Shown piece by piece: positions 1 to 12,760 of a stretch of 64,000 bases of DNA. The position numbers were made by a program, and so were the translations under genes. Below the pieces are notes generated by a model that made no database searches, was not told where the DNA came from, and was given only the letters and a program-made list of their open reading frames with translations. The DNA comes from Octopus bimaculoides (lineage: Eukaryota), in assembly GCF_001194135.2 (NCBI RefSeq), contig NC_068982.1:68267300-68331299 (forward strand), given 5' to 3'. Position 1 is the first letter of the stretch; each line of letters begins with the position of its first letter.

Positions 1-57
<57 letters not shown>

Positions 58-145
58 TATGCATGCATGTATGCACACATACATTACATAGATACAAACA
101 TACATACATACATACATACAAACATACATACAAACATACATACAA

Positions 146-178
<33 letters not shown>

Positions 179-240
179 CATGCATACATACATACATACA
201 TGCATGCATACATACATACATACATACATACACACACACA
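1..240. repeat. Compound microsatellite (TA)n/(CA)n/(CATA)n
   Basis: Directly visible; explains the HTYI-type ORFs at 63-270. Confidence 0.97.
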
Positions 241-559
241 TATTCCAAGAATAATTTAGTGATATTCTAATTTGAAATGACATTACTATCAAACAAACAA
301 ACAAAAAAAAATTTTGCCCAGAAAATGATTGAATATGAAATTCTTCTATTTCTGATGTTTCACAGACTGCCAGATTGCAACAGTAATTTTAGACTTCAGT
401 TGCAATGTACTGGAGAAAGGGTGACAGAAGGAGTAAGCCTTGTCTTTGGAAATATGGCAGTTGGTTGCTAAACAAGACACAAAATGTTAGAGAAAACTGG
501 TTTTGTATTTCCACTCTGTTCAATGTTATGGCCAGCATTTCTGAGTTCTTGTCATTGTT

Positions 560-990
560 GTGGGTTGTGCTAATGTTGTTATTCTTATTGTTGTGGTGGA
601 GGTGGTGGTGGTGGTGGCAGCAATAACAACAATAGCAACCACCACCACAGCAGCAATAACAACAATAGCAACCACCACCACCACCACCACCACCANNNNN
701 NNNNNGTGGTGGTGGTGGTTTTGGTTGTGGTGGTGGTGGTGGTGTTGGAGGTAGTGATGCTCTAGTTGCATCAGTGGCCTTAATGATGTTGATGATGTTC
801 TGGTGTTGTTGTTGGTGGTGGTGGTGGTGGTAGTGGTGGTAGCAGTGACTGTAGTGGTAGCAGTGACAGTAGTGGTAGCAGTGGTAGCGGTGATGTTGTT
901 GTTGGTGGTGATGGTCAGCATCATTGTCATCATCATCTTCATCATCATCGTCATCATTATTGTGGTTGATGGTGATGGTGATGACTATGT
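560..990. repeat. Trinucleotide low-complexity mosaic (GGT/ACC/GAT/CAT)
   Basis: Visible runs with a 10-N gap at 696-705; poly-H/V/T ORFs appear in several frames. Confidence 0.9.
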
Positions 991-1224
991 TCTTCCAGGG
1001 TTGATGAAATAACAAAGAGTAGTTTACAAAAGTTGAAATCTGTTGACTATACTAAACCCTGCCCTCACTAAAGATATTAATGTATAATAATCTTTATTCT
1101 TGCAAACCTTGAGCTATCTTTTCAATTTCTAAGACTTAGGTGGAGTGGCCCATAAACACTTTGTGTCTTACTTTGATTGAAATAGTTAAATAACTGTGAA
1201 CTTTAAGAGATTGATGGTTCAGCA

Positions 1225-1358
1225 TCCAGCTATAGAGAACCATGCAAAATCAGACTGGAGTCTGGTGCAACCTTCCAGCTGACCAGCCCTAGTCAAACCA
1301 TCCAACCTATGCCAGCATGGACAACAGACGTTAAATGAAGATGATGATGATGATGATA
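1225..1358 (+). mobile_element. SINE-like family B, 3-prime fragment (older copy)
   Basis: GCATCCAGCTATAGA...GCATGGACAACAGACGTTAAATGAAGATGATGATG matches the tail of the 1415-1806 copy. Confidence 0.8.
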
Positions 1359-1414
1359 TGCAGTGGAACCACAGTTTACAAACACCTATCACAAACAAAA
1401 TCAGTTTACAAACA

Positions 1415-1806
1415 ATTTCTTTTCTCGGCTTGTGAAGACCTGTTGGGGCAAGCGAAAACGAAATCGTGATGGCACCTGTGCCCAGCGTCACCTTCCTGGC
1501 ACATGTAAAGACATTCAAGCGAGATTGTGCCAGTGCCACTGGGTTGGCTCCTGTGCAAGTGGGACATAAAATATACCATTTTGAGAGTGGCCGTCGCCAG
1601 TACCACCTAACTGGCCTTTGTGCCTGTGGCACGTAAAAGCACCCACTACACTCTCAGAGTGGTTGGCGTTAGGAAGGGCATCCAGCTGTAGAAACTCTGC
1701 CAAATCAGATTGGAGCCTGGTGTAGCCATCTGGTTCACCAGTCCTCAGTCAAATCGTCCAACCCATGCTAGCATGGAAAGCGGACATTAAACGATGATGA
1801 TGATAA
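1415..1806 (+). mobile_element. SINE-like family B (non-autonomous retroposon with (GAT)n tail), near full length
   Basis: GGCACGTAAAAGCACC...GGTTGGCGTTAGGAAGGGCATCCAGCTGTAGAAAC...GCGGACATTAAACGATGATGATG; many other copies in the window on both strands. Confidence 0.9.
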
Positions 1807-2070
1807 AATGTCTCAGGTGATGAATGGTGTCTCAAGAAGCAAATACTCAAGCTGGCAACAACAGTTGGCAACAAGCTGAGAGTATCAGCAGGAGAGCATC
1901 AGTTGCTGTCTAACTTTTATTCACTGCATAACCATGCTCAAATATGAATTTCCTATGGAGAAAATAGTTCTGGTTTACAAACACTTCAGGTGACGAATGG
2001 CCTTCAGGAACAAATTCAATTCATAAACTGAGGTTCCATTGTATACACACATACACACACACATATATAT

Positions 2071-2465
2071 ATAGGCGCAAAAGTGGCTGTGTGGTAAGTA
2101 GCTTGCTTACCAACCACATGGTTCTGGGTTCAGTCCCACTGCGTGGCACATTGGGCAAGTGTCTTCTACTATAGCCTCGGGCCGACCAAAGCCTTGTGAG
2201 TAGATTTGGTAGACAGAAACTGAAAGAAGCCCGTTGTATATATGTATATATCTATATATCTATGCGTCTGTCCCCCCAACATCACTTGACAACTGTTGCT
2301 GGTGTGTTTACGTCCCAATAACTTAGCGGTTCGGCAAAATAGACTGATAGAATAAGTACTAGGCTTACAAAGAATAAGTCCTGAGGTCAATTTCTTTCAC
2401 TAAAACCCTTTAAGGTGGTGCTCTAGCATGGCTGCAGTCAGATGACTGAAACAAGTAAAAGAATA
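2071..2465 (+). mobile_element. tRNA-derived SINE family A, full length
   Basis: Pol III A-box-like TGGCTGTGTGGT and B-box-like GGTTCAGTCCC, CORE-like TTGGGCAAGTGTCTTCTAC, internal microsatellite, tail GACTGAAACAAGTAAAAGA; about 20 copies in the window. Confidence 0.9.
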
Positions 2466-2931
2466 TATACAGAGTATACACGGAGTTTTCATCAACTGAC
2501 ATTACATAGTAAGTATGTACTATGAATGTTCAGTTTGGTTTACCACTACAACTCTGGTTTGAACTGCANNNNNNNNNNNNNNNNNNNNNNNNNNNNNNNN
2601 NNNNNNNNNNNNNNNNNNNNNNNNNNNNNNNNNNNNNNNNNNNNNNNNNNNNNNNNNNNNNNNNNNNNNNNNNNNNNNNNNNNNNNNNNNNNNNNNNNNN
2701 NNNNNNNNNNNNNNNNNNNNNNNNNNNNNNNNNNNNNNNNNNNNNNNNNNNNNNNNNNNNNNNNNNNNNNNNNNNNNNNNNNNNNNNNNNNNNNNNNNNN
2801 NNNNNNNNNNNNNNNNNNNNNNNNNNNNNNNNNNNNNNNNNNNNNNNNNNNNNNNNNNNNNNNNNNNNNNNNNNNNNNNNNNNNNNNNNNNNNNNNNNNN
2901 NNNNNNNNNNNNNNNNNNNNNNNNNNNNNNN

Positions 2932-2971
<40 letters not shown>

Positions 2972-3181
2972 ATTGTGTTTGTGTTCATCCCCCCCCCCAC
3001 AATCACTTGACAATGCTGGAGTGTTTACATCCCCGTAACCTAGTGGTTCAGCAAAAGAGACTGATAGAATTAATACTAGGCTTAAAAAGAATAAGTCCTG
3101 AGGTCAATTTCTTTCACTAAAACCCTTTAAGGTGGTGCTCTAGCATGGCTGCAGTCAGATGACTGAAACAAGTAAAAGAAT
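2932..3181 (+). mobile_element. SINE-A 3-prime half
   Basis: Matches the 3-prime half of 2071-2465; 5-prime part lies in the N gap. Confidence 0.85.
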
Positions 3182-3844
3182 ATATACAGAGTATACACGG
3201 AGTTTTCATCAACTGACATTACATAGTAAGTATGTACTATGAATGTTCAGTTTGGTTTACCACTACAACTCTGGTTTGAACTGCAACCTTAAAGTGAGGT
3301 GTTGAGACTGCCTATCAGAGGTGGATAGAAGTGGTTGCTAGAAGTGGTTGCTAGAAGTGGTTTCTCCTTGGGAGGGTAGATATGGTTCTATGGTTCTTTG
3401 GAGCCCTGCAATACATGTTCCAAATGTATTGAAGATCCATTGTGGTTGAGCATCTACATGCCTTTGGAACTTCTATTGCAGAGCTCCTAACAACTGTAAT
3501 GGTGAAATGCTCATAGGAATTTTAATATAAACTCATGTTTATCCCTATTTTTCCAACATTTACTCTGTTGCTTATAGCAGGTAATACTACTCAGTATAGT
3601 GGTTAATTAAAACTAAAACAGAAAGCAGTCTGGATTATGAAAATCGTAATTTGTTCCCAGAAAAATGTTTTACCTATAAAATTTATAATACTCATAAATA
3701 AATGGCAATAAAACAACAGTAGAATGTTAAGTATATTTTATGTAAAGTAAAAAGAATGTCAAGATCATTAATTATAAAAAATATTATTATAATTGTTTTC
3801 TGAATCACTTTCACTTGACTTGCACACACCATTACTTGTAGATA

Positions 3845-4320
3845 TAAGGCTATAGTAGAAGACACTTGCCCAAGGTGCTATGCAGTTTGAATGAACCCGG
3901 AACCATGTGGTTGGTAAGCAAGCTACTTTATTTCATTTAGATTGGCCATTTAGGCCTTACAAAGAGGGGACAAACAAGGACAGACAGACAGACATAAAGT
4001 AACTGCGGGCTGGACGCAGACATTAATGAGATGAAGGTGATAACAAAAGTATGAAATAAAAATGGGAGGGGCACCGGCACCCGCCAACCGATAACCCCTC
4101 GAAAACATTGTTCAATAAGTTCAATAATAAACACAATTAATATTACAAGGTTCAATTCAATCTACTTCATCGGTGCCCCCAAGCAAATTGACTTACCGCT
4201 TGCAGACAACTCTGCACCGACAGGTCGGGGCCCATGAAGAGGAATGTGAATTCATTCCTGTCAAAGGTCACCATGACCTTTGACAAAAGCTCATATTGCA
4301 CAGCCACTCCTGCACCTGTA
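3845..4320 (-). mobile_element. SINE-A head split by a nested insertion (3929-4298)
   Basis: ...CAAGCTACTT (ends 3928) and CACAGCCACTCCTGC (from 4299) are contiguous in other copies, e.g. near 45120-45150. Confidence 0.8.
3929..4298 (-). mobile_element. Unclassified inserted element, possibly a retroposon 3-prime end
   Basis: CpG-retaining 370-bp insert; its minus-strand end TTTGTCCCCTCT...GAAATAA resembles the end of 20645-20920. Confidence 0.45.
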
Positions 4321-5390
4321 GATTTCTTTTTAAAAACAAGTCTTGAGTTATTTGCTTGGAAGTTGTTTTTGTTTTTTATTTTTACGCTCTCTATAAATTT
4401 CTCAGTAACACACAAGCATTTGTTATGGTAGTAGAAACTTTTGCACTTCATTCAAAATTTAGATCTTGTGCTTCAAAAATAAAACTCGTAAACGAGAGGA
4501 GTTCTTGTAAAGCAGGTCCTTGTAAAGTGAGGTATTACTGTACATATATATTCACAGTGTTACACAATGGGAACTATCTATTATGGTCTTCATTGAAGCA
4601 AAGACATAGTGCATCTGAGACGCCCTGTGAAATCATTTGCTTAAGTATTTATGTAACCAGTGGGGCATGCAAGTTAACTCAGAAAGAGATGATCTCAGGC
4701 CACACAATAACAACATACCCAAATGTATTGTATTACATGGTAGTCAGACATGAAAATGGAGAATTTTTTTTTACTTTTTTGTTTTTTATTTTATTCTTGA
4801 ATAAAATAGGTTAAAATACAAACCTCTAATCATAAACGTTTACACACACACTCACATATATGCACACTCACACATGCACACATTCAAATACACATATTCA
4901 CACATGTACACATACTCACATATACAGCCACACACACACATTCACTCACTCACACATACACTCACTCACATGCACTCACTCACATATACACATACATATG
5001 CACTCGTTCACATATACACTTACACAAATTAACAAACTCACACATTCATGCAGATGCACACTCACACACACACCACCTCCTCACCCCATACCCACACAAA
5101 CACTCTCTTTCTCTCTCTCTCTCTCTCTCTCAACACACACACAACATCCCAGTTTACCCTCCCACACTTGGTTCTTGGGTGCTTCCTGTGTGGTAGACTG
5201 AATTTGTCCCCCAAATTAACACCACCACTAAGTCCTTGGCTGCCTTTTGCAGAATCTGCTCTGTTGAAAACCAAATCAGCCAGGCCTCCCTCCCTCCCTC
5301 ACTCCCATTAGTCTCAGAAGCTTTGTAAAGGGTCATGCCCATTACCTTCCCTCCTGATTAAAAGATAAAAAAAAATAAATCAAACACCTT

Positions 5391-5800
5391 AGCATGAGTG
5401 TGTGGTAAGAAGCTTGCTTCCCAACCACATGGTTTCAGATTCAAACCCACTGCATGGCACTTTGGGCAAGTGGCTTCTACTAAAGCCCCAGGCCAACCAA
5501 AGCTTTATGAGTAGATTTGGTCAGTAGAAACTGAAAGAAGCGCAGTGTGTGTGTGTATCTCTATCTGTGTTTCTTTGTGTATGTGTTTTCTCCCCACCAC
5601 TATTTGACAACCGGAATTGGTTTGTTTATGTCTCTGTAGCTTAGCAGTTTGATAAAAAAAGACAGACAGAAGAAGACCAGGCTTATTTTTTTTAAATGTA
5701 AGTACAGGGATCAAGTTGTTTGACTAAGCCAATCAAGCTGGTGCGCCAGCTTGACTACTATCCAATGACTGAAACAAGTAGAAGATGGAAGATAAAAGCA
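5391..5800 (+). mobile_element. SINE-A, diverged full-length copy
   Basis: Head GTGTGTGGTAAGAAGCTTGC through tail GACTGAAACAAGTAG. Confidence 0.85.
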
Positions 5801-6399
5801 TATACATTCTGGCATATTTATACATTTCAGATAAGACATGTTAACTTACATTTTTTTTTATCTGACTAAATAATTTAATTTGATGTGACTAAATTCAGAA
5901 CATGCTCACATATACAAGCTGGTGCTACTAATAAATACACAAACGCCCTTGACCACATTCAAGAGTAAGGACATCCAGTTGATAAGTAATGATTCATTAA
6001 CTAACAAGCAACAATGCACTACAGTTACACAGTCTTCATGTGTTACTATCATGCAATATCACATTTCATACACAAGCATTGAACAGTCTGCATTTCCCAC
6101 TGACAGAAGCCCTTTATTGCAAACTGATACAACAGTAACTCCAAAAACTTTTTCCATCCTACCCTTTACTATGGCATCAATGTTTTCCCAACATCTACTT
6201 CCACAACTCATTAGGTCACCTGGAAAACAAAAGCTGTCAGCTATTTTGTAGCAAGCCTTCCAAGCAGTTAAATGAATTTATAACATGTGATGAAAACCTT
6301 GTTTATTTTTAACCTTGGAATGTCCAAAGCTTTATTTCCTATTAGCACCAGTGTAACCAAAACCTTAGGATAATCAAAAAATTGTTTCAACTAGAAACA

Positions 6400-7150
6400 T
6401 GGGCTTACTAAATTCTTTTCTTCTATACAGCTATAGTCTGACCAAGGCTAAGTTACATTTTATATCACCAGCTGACCAACAGACTTGTCTCCTGTTAGAC
6501 CAGGGCAGACCAAATGTTTGTTTTCTCTTAACCATAGGCTTACCAAATCTTGTCTTTGATAATTACCATTGTTAACTAAAGACTTGTCTTCTACCATAGT
6601 ACAGGTCTGACTAGAGCCTTTTCTCCTGTTGGGCCCAAACTGGCCAAAACCTTGTTTGTTTATAACACAAGAAAATATAAAGCTTTGTTTCCTGTTAGTA
6701 ACAGTCTAACCAAAACCTCATCTTCTACACATCCACAGGATGACAAAAAAATTATTTCTACTTTGGCCCCAGGTTTAGCAAATCCATCTCTTCTATATAA
6801 ACCCGGTCTGACCAAGGTCTTGGCACTTATTATAGCCCGCAATAACTCTACGTCTTGTCTCCTGTCTCACCAGCACTGACAAAATAGCTATTTTTTTTAT
6901 AGCCCTGGGTTTACTAAGCCCGTCTCTTCTACTACAAGAAATGGCTGGTCTAATCTCTGACTTTGTAAAACTTTATCTTCGACTGTGGATCTTAGCTGAT
7001 CAAAGCCTTGTCTTCTATATAGTTATAGGTTTATCAATGTCTTATATTATAGCACTGAACTGACAGAAGCCTTATCTCCTGTTAGCCCTCTCCTGAACAA
7101 ATCTTTTTCTTCTACAGTAGCTACAGGCAGAACAAAAACTATTCTTCACA
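6400..7150 (+). repeat. Degenerate ~35-bp minisatellite related to a SINE-A segment
   Basis: Recurring CCTTGTCTTCTAC...ATAGC...CTGACCAAAG units; compare SINE-A GTCTTCTACTATAGCCTCGGGCCGACCAAAGCCTT at about 2161-2195. Confidence 0.7.
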
Positions 7151-7667
7151 GATTGCCTCATGGACTTACCCAATATTCAGTGAATTCCAGCAGGGCTACT
7201 TTCAGAGATCTCAGTAAACAATTAGCAACAACCCATGACCCATGATTTCTTTTCTCTTTTGCACCACCAGTCTGAGATGTCCTGTAAAGGTCATTGGTAC
7301 TGCTATTCCACCACTGACTCATCCTTAACAAACAAGTATACTGAAGTTCAAGTTGTTCCAGTTGAACATATCAACCTCAATGGCTTGAGCAGCAGGTAGG
7401 TGGGTGATGGTAGAAGTAGAGACAGCAGTAGTAGTGATAGTGGCAGCAGTGATGGCAGTTGTGGTGAAGGTGGTGGTGATGCAGGTGCTGGTGCTAATGC
7501 TGGTGCTGGTGGTGGTACTGGTGATGATGTATGCCATGGAGATTGTGATGGACGTGGAGGTAGGGGAGGTGGAGGGTTGCAAAGGTCAGTGAAGATGCTC
7601 TCCCCTTCCAACTAAATTACTAAAACCAAATATTTATATATATAAACTATATTCATGTATATATATA

Positions 7668-7799
7668 TCATCATCATCATCATCATCGTTTAACGTCTGC
7701 TTTCCATGCTAGCATGGGTTGGACGATTTGACTGAGGACTGGTGAAACCAGATGGCTACACCAGGCTCTGATTTGGCAGAGTTTCTACAGCTGGATGCC
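7668..7799 (-). mobile_element. SINE-B 3-prime end running into gap
   Basis: CATCATCGTTTAACGTCTGCTTTCCATGCTAGCATGGG... Confidence 0.9.
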
Positions 7800-8756
7800 N
7801 NNNNNNNNNNNNNNNNNNNNNNNNNNNNNNNNNNNNNNNNNNNNNNNNNNNNNNNNNNNNNNNNNNNNNNNNNNNNNNNNNNNNNNNNNNNNNNNNNNNN
7901 NNNNNNNNNNNNNNNNNNNNNNNNNNNNNNNNNNNNNNNNNNNNNNNNNNNNNNNNNNNNNNNNNNNNNNNNNNNNNNNNNNNNNNNNNNNNNNNNNNNN
8001 NNNNNNNNNNNNNNNNNNNNNNNNNNNNNNNNNNNNNNNNNNNNNNNNNNNNNNNNNNNNNNNNNNNNNNNNNNNNNNNNNNNNNNNNNNNNNNNNNNNN
8101 NNNNNNNNNNNNNNNNNNNNNNNNNNNNNNNNNNNNNNNNNNNNNNNNNNNNNNNNNNNNNNNNNNNNNNNNNNNNNNNNNNNNNNNNNNNNNNNNNNNN
8201 NNNNNNNNNNNNNNNNNNNNNNNNNNNNNNNNNNNNNNNNNNNNNNNNNNNNNNNNNNNNNNNNNNNNNNNNNNNNNNNNNNNNNNNNNNNNNNNNNNNN
8301 NNNNNNNNAAATAATAATAATGGTGTTTATTTATAAGCTTAAAGCTTATAGCGATCACCATACAATGACTAAGGAAAATAGTCTAATAAAGGAAAGTGAG
8401 GGTAGAGAAGGAAGTGCTGTGTCCTAGCAAATTTGTTGAAAGGTGGGTGGATATTGGAAAAATGGCCAGTATGGATGGACCAATTCTAAGAATATACCTG
8501 TAAAAAAATATATAAAAGGAGAAGGGCTCTCGCCCTGTTGATCTGGCACCCGTTGCTTTTATGGGTTTTTCTACCAGTAACCTTTAAAGCACCTCCCCTA
8601 TTGGGAGTTTTTTACTTGTTACATTGTTTTATTGTTATCAAATGTTTACATGATTTTTTTTTTGCAAAACCATTTGTATATCATCTTGTGTCGTCCTTTA
8701 ATATTTTGATTTATATTAGCTGTTGTTACAAATGAAAGAATGAATTATTATTATTA

Positions 8757-8809
<53 letters not shown>

Positions 8810-8810
<1 letters not shown>

Positions 8811-9050
8811 CTCCCTTTCATTCCACCACTTTTTTCCAGTCATCTCATCATGTTGGACCGTTGAACGCCGCACATTTTTTCTCTCTACGTTTTTTTCATT
8901 CTCTCTCCATTTTTCCTCTTAATCTTTCCTGTCAAAGAGCGTAGGCTTGAAATGTAAATTACTTTTCTATTTTTTCCAGGCATTAAACTAATGCACCTGC
9001 TTGTTCTTATACCTGTCTTCATCTTTTCTTTTCTGTAAATTTGAACTATA
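8810..9050 (+). mobile_element. Penelope-type terminal repeat fragment with a degenerate hammerhead motif (8925-8960)
   Basis: CTTTCCTGTCAAAGAGCGTAGGCTTGAAATGTAAA...CATTAAACTAATGCAC...CCTGTCTTC aligns with 42281-42400. Confidence 0.55.
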
Positions 9051-9142
9051 TATATATATATATATATATACTTGGAAATGGATGCATTATGTTCAATTAA
9101 ATAATAAATAATATATAATACACACACACACACACACACACA

Positions 9143-9370
9143 TATATTAAATTAATAATAATATACATATGTATATAATTATATTAAGGGAGCAATGGCA
9201 AAAACGACCTATTTCCAGCATGCTTGAAGTGCCGATACCTTCAAAAACTACCAAAAAAAAAAGGTTTCAGCATTTCAAGCATGCTTAATATAATTATATA
9301 CATATCTAATTATATTAATATAATTAATATAATTATATACATATGTACATTATTATTAATTTAATGTATA
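9143..9370. repeat. AT-rich inverted repeat (possible small MITE)
   Basis: Arms 9143-9186 and 9325-9370 are near reverse complements; inner AGCATGCTTGAA / TTCAAGCATGCT pair. Confidence 0.5.
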
Positions 9371-9443
9371 AATTGCCTATAGATTGTTATAGCATGCTGA
9401 CTACCTGATAAAAATCATTAACATGATCTTTATCTTTATATTC

Positions 9444-9479
<36 letters not shown>

Positions 9480-10144
9480 CACACACACACACACGCACGC
9501 ACACACACACACACACATGCATATATGGGTACAGGACGTCACTGATGGTGCAAATAACATGAAATACATAAACAAATGAGGAAAAATGGAAAACTGGACA
9601 AGTTAACACAGAGAAAAGACTCTTTATCAGCTGTTGGCTGTCTATCTACTCCTCATTTCAAGCATTCAATGACAATATGAGTCTTCAAAGACAGTTGCTC
9701 CCATAATTTCTAAAATAAAATTTAGGATTTATGGAGGGTCAAAGTTGGGAACAAAAAAAAACAGTGGAGACATACAAGGAAACCAAATGAAAACAAACAT
9801 GGAGGGTCGTTAGACCAGAAAGAGAGGAAAATAGTAAATGTCGGGAGAAACATTTTTTTGAAAAGAGAAAAGATAGAAGAGAGAGAGAGAGAAAAATACA
9901 TCTGCTTGTTTAAACATCAGTGTAGGAAAAAAAAAGATGATCACGTAAGGAAAAGAAAGATGTACGATAGTCACATGTGAACAATGAGAGAGAGACAGAA
10001 AAAGAGAAAGAGGGAGGGAGACAGACAGACAGACAGATGAAAAACGGTGAAGGAGGGAGGGGAGAAAAAGGGAATTAGAGAAGAATAGAGGGAGAAAACA
10101 GTATAGAGTAAAGAGTGGTGTACATATGTATATATATATACACG

Positions 10145-10290
10145 ATAGGCTTCTTCCTGTCTACCAAATCCACTCACAAGGCTTTGGTCAGCCCTTGACT
10201 ATAGTAGAAGACACTTGCCCAAAGTGCCATGCAGTGGAGCTGAATCCAGAACCATGTAGTTGGGAAGCAAGCTTCTTACCACACAGCCAT
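10145..10290 (-). mobile_element. SINE-A head
   Basis: Reverse complement of the A-family 5-prime region. Confidence 0.85.
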
Positions 10291-10583
10291 ATCATCAGTA
10301 AATCATAAATCCAAAAGAGAAGCACACGCTAAGTTATAGAGCAGTAGAGTATTTAGATAAAGATAGTTATGGCTAGTTCATAGGGTGCTCTGGGTAACCT
10401 TATGAACCAGTTATAACTATCTTTATCTAAATATATATATACACACACACACACACAAATATATGAGTTTTTGCTGATTATATTAGTTTTATATATACAT
10501 GATATATACTCACACATACACACACGCATGTACATCCACATATACACACTCATATATATACTTACTCATTCAAAGCAGATATA

Positions 10584-11541
10584 TCTACTACATATGTGGA
10601 AATCTGTGGGTGTGTTTGTTTGTGGCGTTGTTATCTAACTCCTCCTACATCATTATATCAATTTTGATGAAACTTGACAAGTGAGTAGAACTTATATCTG
10701 AAAAACTAGTGACATACTTAGATTGTTGAAAAATCAATGATAGGGTCCCTGGAAGGGATACTTATATTTACTACATATAACTAATATATTATTTTTAAAC
10801 ATCCAAAGAAAATAACCCTAATATATTATTTCTAAACATCCAAGGGAAATAACCCATTCACTCCTGAAAGGGACCCTTATATATAGCCAAGGGAAATAAC
10901 CCATTCATGTTTGTAAATTATTTCGTATAAATCAAATTGGGTATGCTTATTTCTTACTATTTGAACTATTTGAGTTATTTTCGCAATTTATCCAGTACAA
11001 TGCTTAAACGAGTGAATAGTATTTTCCTAAACAATAGATTTACTTATTTCGGTTAGTGACTTATTCACGAATATACCAACACTAGCAGCGCTGAGGGTAA
11101 TATTCTCTGCGAACGCACAAAAGCTTATTTCAGAGTTATTTACTTTGAATTGTTATTATCTCATATCTGATTAGCCTGTTATTTCATAACATGCTTCACG
11201 ATTTTAGTATACATACCTTATTAGCATTTCCTACTAAGTTCTTTATACTCTGAGAATGTATTAAAGCTCTTTTCAGGGCTACTTTATTTGAATTCTTACT
11301 ATCGGGTAATTAATTTCATGTTACTACAAAACTGGCTTCACAATTTGGATATTTATAACTTATTGGGAATTCCTAAAAGCAAGATCCTGTGTAAGACAGT
11401 TCAGTATTCTCAATAAATGCACAAAAACCGTTTTAAGGGCTACATACTTTGTATTGTTGTTACTGGATTAGCGAAACAATTATGAGAACAGAACCAAGGA
11501 ATAAGCCCTGCTTTCACAGGAATTACCGGTACGTCAGCTAG
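10584..11541 (+). mobile_element. Probable non-autonomous Helitron
   Basis: A|TC start (10584) and CAGCTAG|T end (11541); subterminal GTGTTTGTTTGT...CTCCTCCTAC...ATTTTGATGAAACTTG tract typical of short Helitron derivatives; 3-prime hairpin weak (CCTG/CAGG 11507-11520). Confidence 0.55.
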
Positions 11542-11574
11542 TATATATATATAAGTACAATGTTATTGGTACAT

Positions 11575-12065
11575 ACCAAACACATACACACACATATTTG
11601 CACAAGAATATTCACACATGTACACTCTCACAAACACACGCATGCATGTACACACACACTCACACACACACACACACACACAAACACTCACACACATACA
11701 CAAACATAAAAAACAGCAAATATGTACATTTTCAAATCTGAGCTCCACCTATAAAATATTTACACACAAGCACTCACACACATATACATACACATACATA
11801 CACACACACATTCACATACACTCACATACACGCATGTAGACACACATACACACATACATGCATACATATATACATACACATATACATACACACATACACA
11901 CATATACACACATAAATACACTCACATTTACAGACACATATATACAAATATGCACACACATACACACAGACATACACACATGCACACACATACACACATG
12001 CACATATACACATACACACACATACATACAAACGTACACACACATCCACACATGTAACTTACACA
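11575..12065. repeat. Compound (CA)n/(CATA)n microsatellite
   Basis: Directly visible. Confidence 0.95.
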
Positions 12066-12394
12066 CTAAAGTACTTCCTAATTCTAAAGCTGCAACTATG
12101 AGAAAATAGTGTGAAAAATCTCATAATCTAGAAAATATTTCCATAAGGACATCTAAATGGTTTTAGTCACGTTTATGGTACAACAAATATTAGGTATTTC
12201 CTTGTCTGTTCTAGAATTTCCTCTAGAATAATCTATCTTTGGATCTACTGTGTACTATCCACAAGAGATGAAGGATTTTCGCATCAGTAAGATACTCTAA
12301 CATCAGGTATTGAGGAATTAGTAAAATATATCAAAGTTAAAATTGAAGAAAAGATTAAATTTTGATGTTGGTTGAATAATATTTATCTGCTTTT

Positions 12395-12700
12395 AGGTGG
12401 CAAGTTGGCAGAATCATTAGCATGCTGGGCAAAATGCTTCATGGCATTTTGTCCATCTTTGTGCTCTGAGCTCAAATTCCACCAAGGTCACCTTTGCTTT
12501 TCAGCCTTTCATAGTTGATAGATTAAGTACTAGTTGAACACTGGTGGTGATGTAATCAGCTAGTCCCCCAACCCCAAAATTTCAGGCTTTGTGCCTTTAT
12601 AGAAATTATTATTATTATTATTAAGGTGGTAAGCTGGTAGAATTGTCAAAGTACTTAGTGGCAAACTTGCCGGCCTTGTGCCAAAATTTGAAATTATTAT
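12395..12700 (+). mobile_element. SINE-like family C, two adjacent copies (second internally deleted)
   Basis: TGGCAGAATCATTAGCATGCTGGG...TCAAATTCC...CTTTGCTTTTCA...AAAATTTCAGGC; recurs at 22435, 30470 and on the minus strand at 53-57 and 61-63 kb. Confidence 0.8.
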
Positions 12701-12760
12701 TATTGTTGTTATTATTATTATCATTCTTCTTATTATTATTATTATCATTATTATTATTTA

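Noticed and set aside
389-1015. 208-aa His/Pro/Gly-rich ORF
   Set aside because: Microsatellite translation spanning an N gap.
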